NCBI GenBank assembly: GCA_030141605.1 | Contig: JAQGDQ010000031.1 | Location: 372,001-436,000, forward strand | Length of the DNA stretch: 64,000 nucleotides | Direction: 5' to 3' | Source: Tubiluchus corallicola | Taxonomy: Eukaryota > Animalia > Priapulida | In this document: piece by piece, positions 33,182-63,817 of the stretch | How positions within the stretch are numbered: position 1 is the first letter of the stretch | Layout of the letters: every line of letters starts with the position of its first letter | Made by a program: the position numbers and the translations under genes | The notes under the pieces: model-generated | What the model saw: the letters and a program-made list of their open reading frames with translations, nothing else | The model's database searches: none | Told to the model about the DNA's origin: nothing

Positions 33182-36100
33182 GACATTCAATTTTGAAAGT
33201 TATTTATTATCATGTTTAAGCTGTGATAGCAATTTATTGCATAAATTTAGTTTTTCTTATTGCATTTTCCAAGAAAAGGTTAATGCATCTTTATCACATC
33301 GGTGTGATACGTTATTATGCAGGTTTTATTGTGAAGCATTTATCGTTATTTCTTGTTTGAGTAACATATATTTTAATGTTCTACCTAAATACAGGTAAAG
33401 AAAAATATGTAGGATGCCTTAAGTTTTAAACTTCTATAAGTTTTCTTCAAATTCTGTGCCGTCTTTTCAGGAAAGTTTTGTGCGATTGCCTTGGTGCACT
33501 ACCAATAAATATAGCAAGTTCGTTTCAAGGAAGACCCTAACTGCTGTAGTTGCTGCTAACATTATATTTGTCGATTCACTAATGTCCAGCCCCTTTCTAT
33601 TCCTGCACTGTTTCCACTACTCAGTATCATAGATTTCATCTTGTTTCTGAAAATAACAATTTGTTCTTGGCCAACACTTTGAGCAATTAGGTGCACAGTG
33701 AGTGGTACGTTAACTTTATTTTTTCATCATAACTGTATTGCTGAAAACAAAATTAATAATTATTGTATAAGATCTGGACATGTCCTGTATTTCTGTGTTT
33801 TTATTTGACGTCTGCATGACATGAACAGCTAAAACCTTTCTGTAGTTACACCAAAACAAAAACCCAAATAAAGTTTTTAATATGAGATGATGTTGCTAAG
33901 ATAGTTTTCCTATAAACAGCAAATAGCAAAAAAGATATTGTAAGCTGCAGTAACTCATGGTTATTCCTATTGCAGTGAAAGAGATACTGTATTTGCTTGG
34001 CACAACGAAGTATCTGCATCAAAATATCACTTGTTTATTGAATTTTTGATGGTTTCACAATACAATTATCCAAACTATCAAAGTTTAATAACTTAAAGCG
34101 AGACTTTAAATATACACTTCCAACATTTCCATCTACTCTCTTTACCAGTCTTAGCTTAGAATCCTAACTTCATCACTGGTTCATCAGTTTACAGATTCTT
34201 TGTTGTTTCTGAGCATCATAATCTTATTGTTCATAGTACATTTTCTAAGTGTGGTCTGTGGGCAATGTATGGGAAATTAAACATAAGCGATGCACGTAGT
34301 GTTGTTTTGTGAGATTCTGTTATATCTTGAAAAACTCAGGTTAAGTTCCTGGGATTTTCTTCACGACAAACTCACAAATAACGCATACGTTACTAAATCA
34401 GATTTTAATATGCAATTAATAATAATATCCATGTCTTAGCATTGAAAGTAAGAAATGATAATTAGTTTTACACAATTACTAACAACAGGTGTGTGAAATA
34501 ATACAAAAAATGAAAATTGTGCAAAGAAACGGATTTTCACTACCAAGATGCTGGGTTCGTGCACTTCCATTTCTTGACCATTTAATTACCAGATGCTTGT
34601 CGATTTATAGTTTATTGACGTTTCTCTAGTTTTTACAGCCATGGTAAAATGCCAAAATTAATTGATACAAACAACATTTTACGTAGGTACCAAAAGTACT
34701 GTTCTTTGGCTATAGTTACATACGCAGTTCAGCTTACATTTGAGTTCATTAAATGGCTGAAAACTCAACACTCTCCCAAACAGCTTCTCGACTTTAAGTA
34801 CTTGTAATCAGTATCACTGTAGAAGATTAATACTGTTAGTTACAAAACATTTGTAATATGTTAACACTAGATGAAACTTATGTGCAAAGTGTTATCCATA
34901 AAGCTAACTTTGCTAAACAGAATACGACTAACTTAAGTCACACCGACACACATTAAATTAAATTTAAGGTATATTTAACGCATGGTCATGAAATTGGCTT
35001 TCACAAATGGTAGCAATGACATAAAATCAAAAGGGGTTTATCACATGTTAAAGACTAGGCAAAGCATCTCTACAAATGGTTCATGAATTCAACCCTCTGT
35101 TGTTATGGCAACACTGGAGGGGAGGGGGATACACGGGAAGAAACAAGCACTAATATCCCATTTTCTATACAAAATGTACAATTTTAAACTTCATAATTTC
35201 AGCAAATTGTGCATAATGTATTTGTGCAATGAGCTTAGGAAAGTCGAACGTAACACAGCCTGGACTATGAATCACAATTTTTGACCAAGAAGTTTCAGGA
35301 AAATGAGCACAAAAATAATGTGAATAAAAATAGTAAATTATACAGTACAGTACGTGTTTTTTGTCCAATGTAAATGCTTCGAAATATAAATGATACCTCA
35401 GTTCTCAATGAACGTCTTCTCCTTGCATGCTATAGCCTCTCTTAGAACCCAAGTGCACGGAAATTGAAAATGGGTAAAACATACTGCTGGTGCTTTCATA
35501 GAATTTTTGCAGAAATAAGCACGCGAGGACATGTTCTACTTAACAGAAGCTTAATACTGGACTGTTAGTTTTACCCCTTCCACTGTATGAACATTTCAGA
35601 AATGTGAACATATGAAAGGGGGAAAGTTATTGAAGAAAGAAATCAGAGAGCCTTTCTGTTAAACAGTCTGCTAATAATAAAAAATACTCACAAAAAATGG
35701 AGAACATTTATAACAACCTGTGCAAAAGCATCTTTTCTTTTTCAACAAGTGTATGTTACTGTTGTTAGTGTGTGAACTTTCCGTTAACATAACTAAATTG
35801 ATTTTGTTATTTTCCACAAGCAAAAACTAAGCATGAGCTTCATCTACTTTCTCTTTGAAAAGAAGCTTAAAATCAGCTTGTGCTACAGAAAGTATTACAT
35901 AACAAAAATATAGTCGAACATCTCAGATATCATTTTTAGTTTTCACAAATAAACAGCGACAATTATATACATACATACACATAAATAGTGATTTCTCTGC
36001 AATATAATTATAAAGATATTAAGCAGTGTTAAAAAAATTATAGAAAATGGTTATGAAAGCATGAACAGTCGGAACAAGTTGAGAGTAGTTTGCCCATAAT

Positions 36101-52846
<16,746 letters not shown>

Positions 52847-52931
52847 CTTGCCAGTCTAATTGGAAGAATTAGGCATGCGGTAAAACACGAAACAAATTTC
52901 TACTAGCATTAACATCAGACGTTTAACAAAC

Positions 52932-53040
52932 CTGTCTGCCTCAGCTAAAAACAAAACTGAGCCTGCCAACCGGAAGTTATCAGTGACCACTGACCTTTGA
53001 AAGTTCTCGCGTTTTGCGAGAGTCTTTCTTTTCCGGTACA
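52932..53040 (-). promoter_or_regulatory. Candidate TRIM37 non-coding first exon and promoter
   Basis: Donor ACAG/gtttgt at 52932/52931 gives a 76-nt intron with a ctaat branch-like motif; ETS-type ccggaagt at 52970-52977; inverted repeat tctcgc..gcgaga at 53005-53021; local CpG enrichment. Confidence 0.4.
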
Positions 53041-53952
53041 AAGCATCACAATTTTGCGAGGTATTGTAAAATTAAACGAAAATCTGTTTAATCCCCTGTC
53101 ATTATCTACAATTTCATTTTTCATTAACACAGGAATAACCCTAAGAACTGCTGATTTTTTAATCATAATTATTTTTGCCTCCCTTCGCTATAAAAAAACA
53201 AACTTATCAGCAATTTCGTTATACCTTGGCTTGCCTATTTTGCCTGTAATTGTATTTCACTAACTGGAGTAATTATGCCTTTTTCAGTGTTGATATAAGT
53301 ATTTATCTAATGGTGTGTGTGAGCCCTAAAAGGCTGTATTGCAGTTAGATGTTATGTGTACTATTTAGTAGTAAAGTCAGTACAATCGTTGGTTGTGTTA
53401 ACTACTCGTCTAGATTACGGGAAGAGGTACAGAAGAATGCCATAAATCTATTCCCTGAAATGCAAAGAAACTTTCTAAAAATTCTGTTTGTGTTAAGTAA
53501 GATCACGACTGTTGAAACTAGTTAGAGAGTAAGTGCTCAATTGATAAAGAAATACACAAATCTCATTTTGAATAATAGGATGAAATTATAAATGCACACA
53601 TCCAAACAGATGATTCATATATATTAGAACTGTATTAAATGTCGCTTCTTCAGTCTTTTCATGAAGAATGATAGATGTGCAAATGTCACTTGCTCCTACA
53701 ACATTTTACCTGCAAGTAAATGAATTACCTTTGTTGTGAGTAAACCTTTAATTTGTGCATTGTTCACTGTCACTATATGACAACATTTCACTTACAGTAT
53801 TCTGCCTACTGTAAATATGTTTATAAATTTTGTAACAAAAGACAGTCCTCCATATACAATACAATAATTTTACAATAAAATGATCTGAAATGATAGTCTG
53901 ATCTAAAATGTTCAAAACTGTACATGGATTTGAAAGAAGGCTTTTTTAATAG

Positions 53953-54489
53953 CAGGGCTAGAATTTCGAAGCGAATCCGCGAATCAATTCGTGTGTCTTT
54001 GGCGCACTGTGCTTCTCATTCAGAGTTGCACATAAAAATTATAGGGGTCTATGCTCGTTGTCAAGCCAACAAGAATGCAAACTCCAGGTAGGCGGTGTAA
54101 AAATTAAAGGCGAACAATTTGTCAAGTTATCAGTAAAAAATTTTATATGTTTCGCATAAATTTAGAGTTATTCTTCTTTCATATGCTTGTTATACACTTT
54201 TTGATGAAGGAAATGATGATTGTGGTTCACAGACAAAGAGAAGAATCAGCAATATTCTAAATGGCTTGGAGACTGAGCCAGGAAATGTTTGCTTTCATTC
54301 TGAAAACGATATCTGTACTGATAGTGATTACTTCTTATAATAAATCACTTTAATTGAAATTTAATCTTCTGTGTTTCAATAAATAGAATTCATTGTACTT
54401 GAACTATGTACTTTAGACTAGATTCTCGCAAAAAGTCACAGCACGAATCTGCTTAGATTCTGGCAAAATATAACGAAATTCTGGCCCCA
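53953..54489. mobile_element. hAT-like MITE
   Basis: TIRs cagggctagaatttcg and cgaaattctggcccca (13/16); subterminal cgaat motifs. Confidence 0.6.
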
Positions 54490-55364
54490 AAAAGAGCATT
54501 ACCATGAAGTTAAGAGTCCATTATGTTAGATAGTCAAAAATAGAAGGAAGAGCAGGCAGGACAGTAGAGCTGTAAAATAATCTTCTGAGTTATTATGGTT
54601 GCATCCGTAGTAGGTTCTTTATGTGTCAACAAGAATCTATAAGCTTTGTAAAAAGGAGGACATGTTTATGCACTACAATTTTATCATAATATCAAAGATA
54701 ATGTCACTATATTGCTGGTCAGCTTATTAACAAAATCTAAGACGTACCTGATGGATTTAAAGTCCGGAAACGTTAAAACGTGTCAAATTAAAGGATCTCT
54801 GTCGTCCCGTATTCTGCGTGTGCATTAGTTCACAAGACTAAACTTGGTTGTATTACCACACGACAACTTCTTCTGTAATGCTGTGTGTTAGAAGCCTTTA
54901 ACTTAATGAATCTAAAAGAAATACTTATGCAATAATAGCATATTTCGAATCTGCAATGGTGGCAGAGCGAGCAACCTTTTTTATGTTTATATTTTATTGT
55001 TGTTTTGTTGCAAAACTTTACAAGCATAATTCACATTGTTGCTCATTACACAGAATTATTTTGATAACGAATCTGTGATTTCAAATTTTATACCATCAAT
55101 TTTTAGTACATATTTCCTCGTAAGAATGCATATGCAGCCAAAGACCTATGTTGAGCACAAATGGGGAAGACATATATACTAAAATATCAAAGATAATTTT
55201 TTAACTTGCTTCTGAGTCTTCTGCGTCTATGTCTGCTACATGTATAGTGATGTGGGTATTTATAAACACAACGTTTTTAGACCTAACGAACTAATGAAAT
55301 GATTTAAACACAAACCAAACTGAACTAGAAACAAAAATAAAAAATAACAATAAGGTGGCACCAT

Positions 55365-55465
55365 TATTTTCTGACTCCGGTTCTGTTACTTTCATTTTGA
55401 GATTTAAGCCATTGAATACAGGTTGTAGTGTGCCAAGTGTCAAATTGTATATCAAAATGGTGGCA
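55365..55465 (+). promoter_or_regulatory. Candidate RPS10 pyrimidine-rich start, non-coding exon 1 and YY1-like site
   Basis: Pyrimidine tract (ttctgttactttcattttg), donor-like acag/gttgta at 55421/55422, downstream caaaatggtggc; the ATG at 55612 directly follows an acceptor, so a non-coding first exon is expected. Confidence 0.35.
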
Positions 55466-55611
55466 CATGAGATGCATTTTTCTGTTTAATTTTTGATTTT
55501 GTTAACGTGTTTTGTTTGTGCAATTGATTGGTAAAAATTCATAAGCATAATTCATTTTCTCATTAAAAATAATTTAGATGAGTTTTTGTCAAATAATGTG
55601 TTGTTTTTTAG

Positions 55612-58600
55612 ATGTTGATGCCAAAGAAAAACCGTGTGGCGATCTATGAACATTTGTTCAAAGAAGGTGTGATGGTGGCTAAAAAAGATTTCAATGCACC
55701 AAAACATCCAGATCTTGAAACTGTACCAAATCTCCATGTCATAAAAGCTATGACAGTAAGTTACATTTACTGAATGCTTATTTTCTATATTAAGAACAAC
55801 AAGGGCATTGGAAAAAGGAACTGGGCTTTAGGGCTGAGACGGTTAGGCTTCTTAACTAACCATTTAAACATTATTAATCGTGCTCGGTTAACCGTTTAAC
55901 TGTTCCAGATGATGTCATACATATAGCAAAACATTGAATACACATGACCTACTAACGTGAAGAAATTGCCTAACTCTAACCTCATTATATATTCATAGAA
56001 ATTCACTCAACTTAGTATTTCTTCGGTACCTGAATAAATTATTAATCTTTTGAATGTTTGAAGCAGTTTTTGAACAACAAAATTCTATTTATAAAGTAGT
56101 ACCTGGGCAATAACACTTTCTATATCATGCCGTGCTGTGTGGCTAATAAGCAATTATATCCGACTAGATCGCGAGAAGTTAATATAACAGAGTTTCAACA
56201 AGCAAAAATTAATTTCCTTGTAGAATTTTGTGTGAAAAATGTCGAAATACTAACCGCATGCATTTTAATTAATTATAATTGTATTTTGTCTGTTTTCTTT
56301 TGCGTTTTTATTTTTTTTTGAATGAATAATTCATTCATTCCTTGCACAAGTAAACAATGTGGTTCAAATGTAGGATGTGCCAGTGAGAATGTCCTCATGA
56401 CGGCATCCTTATAACATACGTGAGTGAAAAACTTTAGGCAATTTACCGTTTCGATGCTTTTTAGGCAACCAGATTAATTGTTCAAAACAATGTTGTAAAT
56501 AGTACAATTTTATGTCAGCTGGACATTGCTGACTGCGTACAACAACTCAAAAAGACACAAGTTTTCATTAATACGGATACATAGAAAACTTGGCTGAGTA
56601 ACGGTTAAATTGTAAATGATTATCTAAGTAGTTACACCAGTTAGCGGTCAGTTAAACGGTTAACCGTCTCAGCCTTACTAGGCATATTGTGAAGATTTGT
56701 CAATCGTGTACAAAACAGTATCAATTGTGTGCAAAACAGGCTTTGCGTTTTCAAATTAATGACAAAGTATAAACTACGGTTGGGCGGTTGATTATAGAAA
56801 AATGAGAATATATTACCAAACATACCTAGCCGGTACACATGCTTTTTGTAAACATATGAACCAGTGTTTGCAACAAGACTAGTACTTGTCTCAATCTCAC
56901 CGAGATTATATTTTGCATTGTTTATAGTTGGTAATAGTAACTGCAACTACAAAAAAGTTTGTTCAAGCACCTGAAGGGATAGGTGATTATATTGCACGGT
57001 AATCGAATGACATAATTTTTTGTTCAAAATGGGTGCGCCCAAGCATAAAATAATGTCGATCGAAATTGAGTGTCTAATTACATGAAGCTGAGGAGGCACT
57101 TATCACATTGTCATTGCTGCAACTTTCTAACATTTTTCTCACATATTAAAATAAGTTTAAATTTCCTGAGAGCCTTGGCTTTTCCTTTAATGTGTATTTA
57201 AGGAAATAAGCAGAAAATCAATTTGCGAAGTCGTACCACTGATCCATACGGCCCCTACCCCAAAGCATCATAATACAGTGGAACTGCTTTCCACCGCCTA
57301 CTTTGGAATTTACCAGTGGTCATAGACACCATGCTACCTTGACCTTATTGTTTTGAAATCTGGATTATAGTGTGTGCTGAAAATTTGCAAAGCAGGTATG
57401 GCTTGTCTTTCAGCACACCAAGAGCGTTTCTTCTCGTTCATAATAACAAATGCACTGTAGGCAGGGAGAACTGGACACCCTACCCACATTTGATTAGGTG
57501 TTCGTGAGAGTTGTATTTCACTTTACTTAATAAATATTCCAAAATAGTACAAAAATTGGATTTAGAAGGCTCTTGTACCGTTTATTAAAAATACTTGTGG
57601 TTGTGCCACACAAGGTTCGAACTCGGATCATTCATATTTTCTTACGTGTGCCTACCATTAGTTGTGATCTTATAATTGCATCCTTTATATAAGCTGATAC
57701 AAGTTTCTGCTTGTCTAATGTCTAGTTTAAGTGAGTTAATAAGCATTTTGATGTTTTTGACTGATATTTAGGTTGCTACAGAAGAGCAGTTTCTTTTTCA
57801 AGTTTCATTAATATCGTTATAGCAGTATTTTTATATATTTGCTGCTCTGCAAGCTCTATCTACCATCTATCGGGTAGGGCCCACATAATCTATTTGATTG
57901 TAGCAGGACCAGAATCTGTCTCACTATCAAAAGTTTTGTAATTTGAAACTGTGGACCTGCAGGGGCCTGTATACATCCTCTGTCAGTCAAGTAAACACCC
58001 ACATGCATGTCAGGTAAAATGGCAGATGGAACCACCAAAACGAAGTCACTATTAAACCCTTCACCAACTAGATTTAGCATTGCTTAACCTCAGTCGCTAA
58101 ACACTTATATTAACTATTCGGTTGTTCACTTTGGCACATTAACCTTTATTCAATTTTTACTTTAATTGATCTCTTAACTGTAAACATGTTTGTCAAGTGT
58201 TAGGGACATACTTTGTACATCAATTTTTATTGATTATTATCTAGTCGTTAAAGTCACGAGGGTATGTGAAGGAACAGTTTGCCTGGAGGCATTACTATTG
58301 GTATCTAACCAATGAAGGAATACAATATTTACGTGATTTCTTGCATCTACCAACTGAAATTGTTCCATCAACATTGAAACGACAGACACGAACAGAAGCA
58401 GCACGACCAAGACCTAAAGGCAAGTTTACAATTCCATGCTTTTCTGCTGATAGCAGAACAATTGAACAACTGCTGGACAACTTTTTGTTTAAATATATAA
58501 GTAGTATGCACAGTAGTATTATTTATATTTTATTATTTAATGTCGCATTTCACAATTGTAAATCCTGAAGGTTGTAATTGTCATTTGTGTGACATATTTT

Positions 58601-60173
58601 CCTTTATATGTAAAGTGAATTAGAAAAAAGAAAAAAATTGCAGAATGCAAACTGTACAATTGTGGTATTTAGTGAAATATGTAAAGTGAATTAGAAAAAA
58701 AGAAAAAAATTGCGGAATGTAAACTGTACAATTGTGCTATTTAGTGACATATGTAAAGTGAATTAGATGAAAAAGAAATAAATTCAGAATGTAAACTGTA
58801 CAATTGTGCTATTTAGTGAAATATGTAAAGTGAATTAGATGAAAAAGAAATAAATTCAGAATGTAAACTGTACAATTGTGCTATTTAGTGAAATATGTAA
58901 AGTGAATTAGATGAAAAAGAAATAAATTCAGAATGTAAACTGCACAATTGTGCTATTTAGTGAAATGTGTCAAGTGAATTAGATGAAAAAGAAATAAATG
59001 CAGAATGCAAACTGCACAATTGTGCTATTTAGTGAAATGTGGACAATTGCTTGCTGTAAACCCGGTATTTTGACTTATCATCCAGCTTCAGTTCTGAATA
59101 ATCTAGGTACTTTTCAGTTGAGTTTGGTTTCAAAACTTCACTGACTGTGAGTACATTCGACCATTAATAGATAATCTTAAAATTACAAATGTAAGTAATT
59201 GAAAATTTTTGTACTGATTGTTCATGTGGGAAACATTGTGACTAAAATTCTTTAACAAACAGTGGTAAATGCAGTCTGTATTTGCGATGTTTGTTCAACC
59301 TACATGTATATTCTTTCAGTTTATGCGCCACGTAACCTTTACATATGACTATATTGGAGAAAGTACGTAAAAGTTTTCCCTGGGTTTGATTTGCACATAA
59401 ATTCAGTGTACACATTTCAAGGAATGTATAAATTGACTATATTTCTAAGTAGATAGCTGGCCTGCACATAATCATATTAACAATTAAGATATTTAATAAC
59501 TGCTTTGTAACAGGTTTTGGTGAGGGAGGAGCGAAACCACCTCCAAGTATGGGAGCAGAAAGAGCTGAAAGAGAGGGTTATCGAAGAGCTGGACAGCCCG
59601 ACAAAAAAGGCGAGGTCGGACCTGGAACAGGGCAAATGGAATTTGTAAGGATAATTTTTTCTTTTTGTAAATCTATTCCAAAATGCATGTGTGCAGTGCT
59701 GCAAGTGGTTTTGTAGAGTCCATATTGATGATAAAAATTAAAAGAATCAAGTATTGCAGTACTTAAACTAGAGAAAATCTATAACAAAATTCATGAGAAG
59801 CAAGTCAAACTTCAGCCAGGAATTCGGTTGTGATGCATACTACGCTAATATTGTCCACGCCTGTTTTGCTCCATTGTTGTTTCTCAGTTTGGTAGCTATC
59901 TGTTTCTAATGCCAAGTTTCTTCGCACATTACTGTTACCTTTTATGTCAGCACCTTTTATACTAAGGTCATTTGCTTATGTGCTATATTTACATTTTATG
60001 AACAGTTTAATTTTGCCTGCACACAACACTAGAGTTACTGTTGAATATAGGACTAAATTATGATTCGATGTTAGGCCTGTACCAAATCATTTTATGAGAA
60101 TTTAAATAAAAAAAATTTAAATTATGATTTTTTACAGAGGGGCGGATATGGCAGAGGACGTCCACCACCCTAA
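55612..60173 (+). CDS. RPS10: 40S ribosomal protein S10 (eS10), 161 aa
   Basis: Exons 55612-55755 ([38 protein letters not shown]), 58245-58419 ([36 protein letters not shown]), 59514-59644 ([15 protein letters not shown]), 60138-60173 ([11 protein letters not shown]); total 486 nt; AATAAA at about 60368. Confidence 0.98.
55829..56677. mobile_element. hAT-like MITE in an RPS10 intron
   Basis: TIRs tagggctgagacggtta and taaccgtctcagcctta (16/17), subterminal cggtta/taaccg repeats; flanks ctgggctt and ctaggcat match 6/8. Confidence 0.8.
58606..59041. repeat. 71-72-bp minisatellite, about 6 copies
   Basis: Unit atatgtaaagtgaattagatgaaaaagaaataaattcagaatgtaaactgtacaattgtgctatttagtgaa. Confidence 0.96.
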
Positions 60174-61571
60174 AACAAACATTTAGCATATTTATGTACA
60201 GGTGATTTTTTTGAATTATAACGTTTCATCAGAATATTATGGTGTACTGTTTCTGAATGGTGTTCATCGACTACAGTCATTACTACCTCCTTGGTCATAA
60301 GAGAGGTTATCTTACTCCTTTCTATACAAAAAAATCATTTCAAACAAAGAAGTTTGTTAAGAAGTTAAATAAAAATAGCCACAAATTTTCATGTATTGTA
60401 AGTACAGCTTCTTCACTTCTCTAAAAGGAATGTATAAATTACTAAAAACAACTGAAGAGTGACTACTGTTAAAAATACTTGCAGCATTTGCATCCAGGGG
60501 ACAGTTGGTTTACAAAATTTTTACCAAACGATAACGATTAATGCATGATTGCCAGCCTTGCAGCAGCTATTTATGCTAATGAATTGCACTGCTTCAGCTT
60601 TGTGTAGTTAGCTTGTGACCACGTATTCATTCAGGAATGCAGCTAACACAAGACTGCACTATAGCTTCACTGTAAATTATATTTATGCCAGCTGCTACCT
60701 GCGTAGGTATGTAGAATCTTGAGAACAACACATAGCTATAACACTAATAGCGCTGATAAAAATTTCATCTTCTGGCATGAGATTTCACAACGTGTGTTTG
60801 TCCTTCACTATTGGCTGTAAAGTATTGGCACTACATTTTCACTGGCTGTTGAGACTAGTGAATAACACCTTTGTCACCAGTAGGAAGGTATTAACAATTC
60901 CCTAACAGGTAGGAACATTGGGCAATATTATAAAAACAAGTCAAATGACAATGTCTTTCAAGAGGTGTATAAAAACTAAGTAACAATTGTTGTGCTTATG
61001 TGTTTGGGTCTAGGATTACTCTTGCACTAAGCTGTGCATTGTTTAATATTTTGTAGCTCATCCTATTATCCAGCAGTTTAACTGCCAGCATAAGCGTAAT
61101 ATATGCGTCTTGTTTAGTATTACGTTAAGTTTACGCCGAGTCCAGCAATATTGGTAAGAATACCTGTATCATCATCATTACATGGTGCAGCTCTAGAATC
61201 TAATGATTACTGAATTACTTGAATAACATTTTAGTTTATCACTTTTTTTCACTACCAAATGATACTTTTCCATAGTTTCAAATAGATAATTTACAGAATA
61301 AGTGCATCTATCCATAATTTCCTGAGTTTGGATCTACATTCTTTATTGTATACATCTTGTATATAAATATAGATTGATGTACTAATGACATTTATAGAGT
61401 GAATTTTTTATATCTTATATAAATACAAAAAATTGAGGAAATTCCTTAGTAAACTAATATGTTAAGTCTAACTCTGAGCAATTTGCATTGAGCAAAATGT
61501 GATACATATGTGTGTTTGTGTATATCACATATAGATAAGTGACATACATATGTCTAATGAAGTAGTTTTAA

Positions 61572-61594
61572 ATATATATATATATATATATATA
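61572..61594. repeat. (AT)n microsatellite
   Basis: Direct inspection. Confidence 0.9.
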
Positions 61595-62174
61595 ATAATA
61601 AATACTAAAATATATAATAGTAAAATGAGAACTGTGATATGTCATAAATGTATAACTTTGTAAATATGTAACAAAGTTAATTGACCAAGTATCATAACAT
61701 AAGGTATTCTGATGTTTAGGTAGTGATTCACAATTACATTGCTAACATCCGGCTGCTCTAAAGAGATAGCAGTGAAAGCTGACGTCACATGAAATTTACA
61801 AATCTAGTGTTTAACTAATAAACTAGCTATCAGTTTTCACAAAGAATATACCTCAGGTCATTCCTAATACTGAAACAGACTCTTTAGTGGATATTTAGAA
61901 ATTTTAGGTTCTATGCAAACGTAGTTCACTCAATATGATTAGCTGATATTTCAAGCTACACATTGACCCCATTTACAATAATCTTCTACTTACATTTTTA
62001 CAGTTATGTTTTTATCTACCAGACAAACTAACGAATGTGTTTGAATATTTTGAATGTTAACATTTTGAATTTGTTTTCTAAAAATCGGAGTAGTTATTTT
62101 CTGCACAACTCCATATGTAAAACGTAATGTCAGTGCCAAATGTTTTCGTAGTACATTTGCCTCGCTTCATTGCT

Positions 62175-63817
62175 TCATTTGTCTTGCTCGAGCAGCATTG
62201 GATTAATCACCATTTGCTGAAGTTTGTTTAGATAGGCAAGTTTTGGCATCATCTGCAACGTACCAAAAAATTGTGTACCTATAAATCTTAGCACTAATGC
62301 CTACATATAAGTGCATGTAAGTATTATTAAATTTGAAAACCTGCAATTTTTTTTAATTTTTTGACAACTGTGCCCTTATTCACATTTACAGTGATGGTGT
62401 CTTATATTGCAGATAAACACTGTAAAATCTATAAAAATCAAACATCTGTCAGTTAAATTAAAATTATATCATCATCTGATTAAGGTATTACCCGCAACAC
62501 TAAGCATATGATATCTTTTCCCTGCTTTTGGTGATTTTTCTCTAACTCGTACAATAACGTGTCCAGTAGGTGGCAGTGCAAAGCCCATGTTCCATGCTTG
62601 TCTTCCAGATTTGGTCTGTCTAATGAAGTAAACAAATTATTATTATTATGCATAGTAGAATAATAATACATCAAAATGTAAACATTCCATAACTGCTGTC
62701 TATCTGAGGGCATTCTGGAAGAATTGGACACATGAAATTTAATGTTGCAGACCCTGGCTTGAAGCAGGCAGTGGTCAAGCAAATCTACTCATATTTTTTG
62801 TTTGCTGTTATCTCTGCCCTTTTTCTTGAACATGTTTTAAACATGCTACTCCAAACCAGCCAGTTGTGTTTATGCTTCAAATTAATTTCTGCGCAGTTAT
62901 CACACAATTATCGAGAAAACTTACTTGGGTTTGTTAGCACAATCCCTTTCAGCAATGCAATTTCTGATCGTGTCAGCTGCATTGAGTTCAACTCTTCAGC
63001 AAATGCAAATATTCCTTCCACAAACTTGGGGGTCAGAAAGTGCAGCATCCACTGCTTAGAATATCGGACACCATTCTCAAAAAACAAATGCGAGTCTCCT
63101 TTGTAAAAGTACTTTGAATGTTCGATCTGCAAAAAAGAGTCAGATTATGACATAGTTAGAGTCAGAAAACTTACTCAACGTTGTGCAATATTTATAGCTG
63201 TTATTATTATTATTATTATTAATTTCTTGTCAATCTTGAGATGGTCATTGGTAGTACTTACCATCCAAACATCAAAATGCCCAAATTTTAGGAGAGTTTC
63301 TCCATCATGATTCAATTTTTCAAATCCGGGGATTTCTTTAGTGAAGTTCAGAACTCGTTTAAGTTGTAGCTGGACACTGCCCATCAAATTTTCCCACATT
63401 GACGATACTGTCTGTTTGTCCTGTAGGATTGACAACTGCAAATAGAAAGTTATCCTCTATGTATCCTAATACAGTGTAACATTTAGAAAAAGCAGCTGAA
63501 GGCAACTACTTAGATATTAAACGTGTGACGAAAAAAGGAAAAAGCTCGATTTTCATCATTATCGAAACATAAAATAATGTAATTAGTATAATTAACAATA
63601 TACTATTTACGAGTTGGTGTCATCATCAAAAATATTGTTACTTAGCCAATTGAAACAAGTCATACATTTTTTAAACTTACATAGCTAAGATTTTCACAAT
63701 AGTTTAAGAAATGGTTGTGACACTTCTTATATATTTCATCAGCAACAGATTGTGCTGCACACATTGCCTGTACAGTCTGGAGTTTCAGTTTTTCCGTGTT
63801 CTCATGACAGTCATCAA
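62175..63817 (-). CDS. Nuclear hormone receptor, ligand-binding-domain exons (NR1-like, divergent); 5' part lies beyond the right edge
   Basis: Phase-consistent exons 63681-63817, 63262-63435, 62925-63126, 62492-62619, 62175-62252. LBD features: W..L...LKRVLNFTKEIPGFEKL..D...LLKFGHFDVWM (H3-H5 signature), IFAFAEELNSMQLTRSEIALLKGIVLTNPNRPNLED (H7-H9), MPKLAYLNKL (H10-H11). No zinc-finger DBD in the window. Confidence 0.88.

Noticed and set aside
62480-62782. Nuclear receptor ending at the ORF-track stop (VLRVIP*)
   Set aside because: A donor CGG/gtaata at 62492 and a downstream in-phase exon encoding helix 10-11 give a better-fitting LBD.
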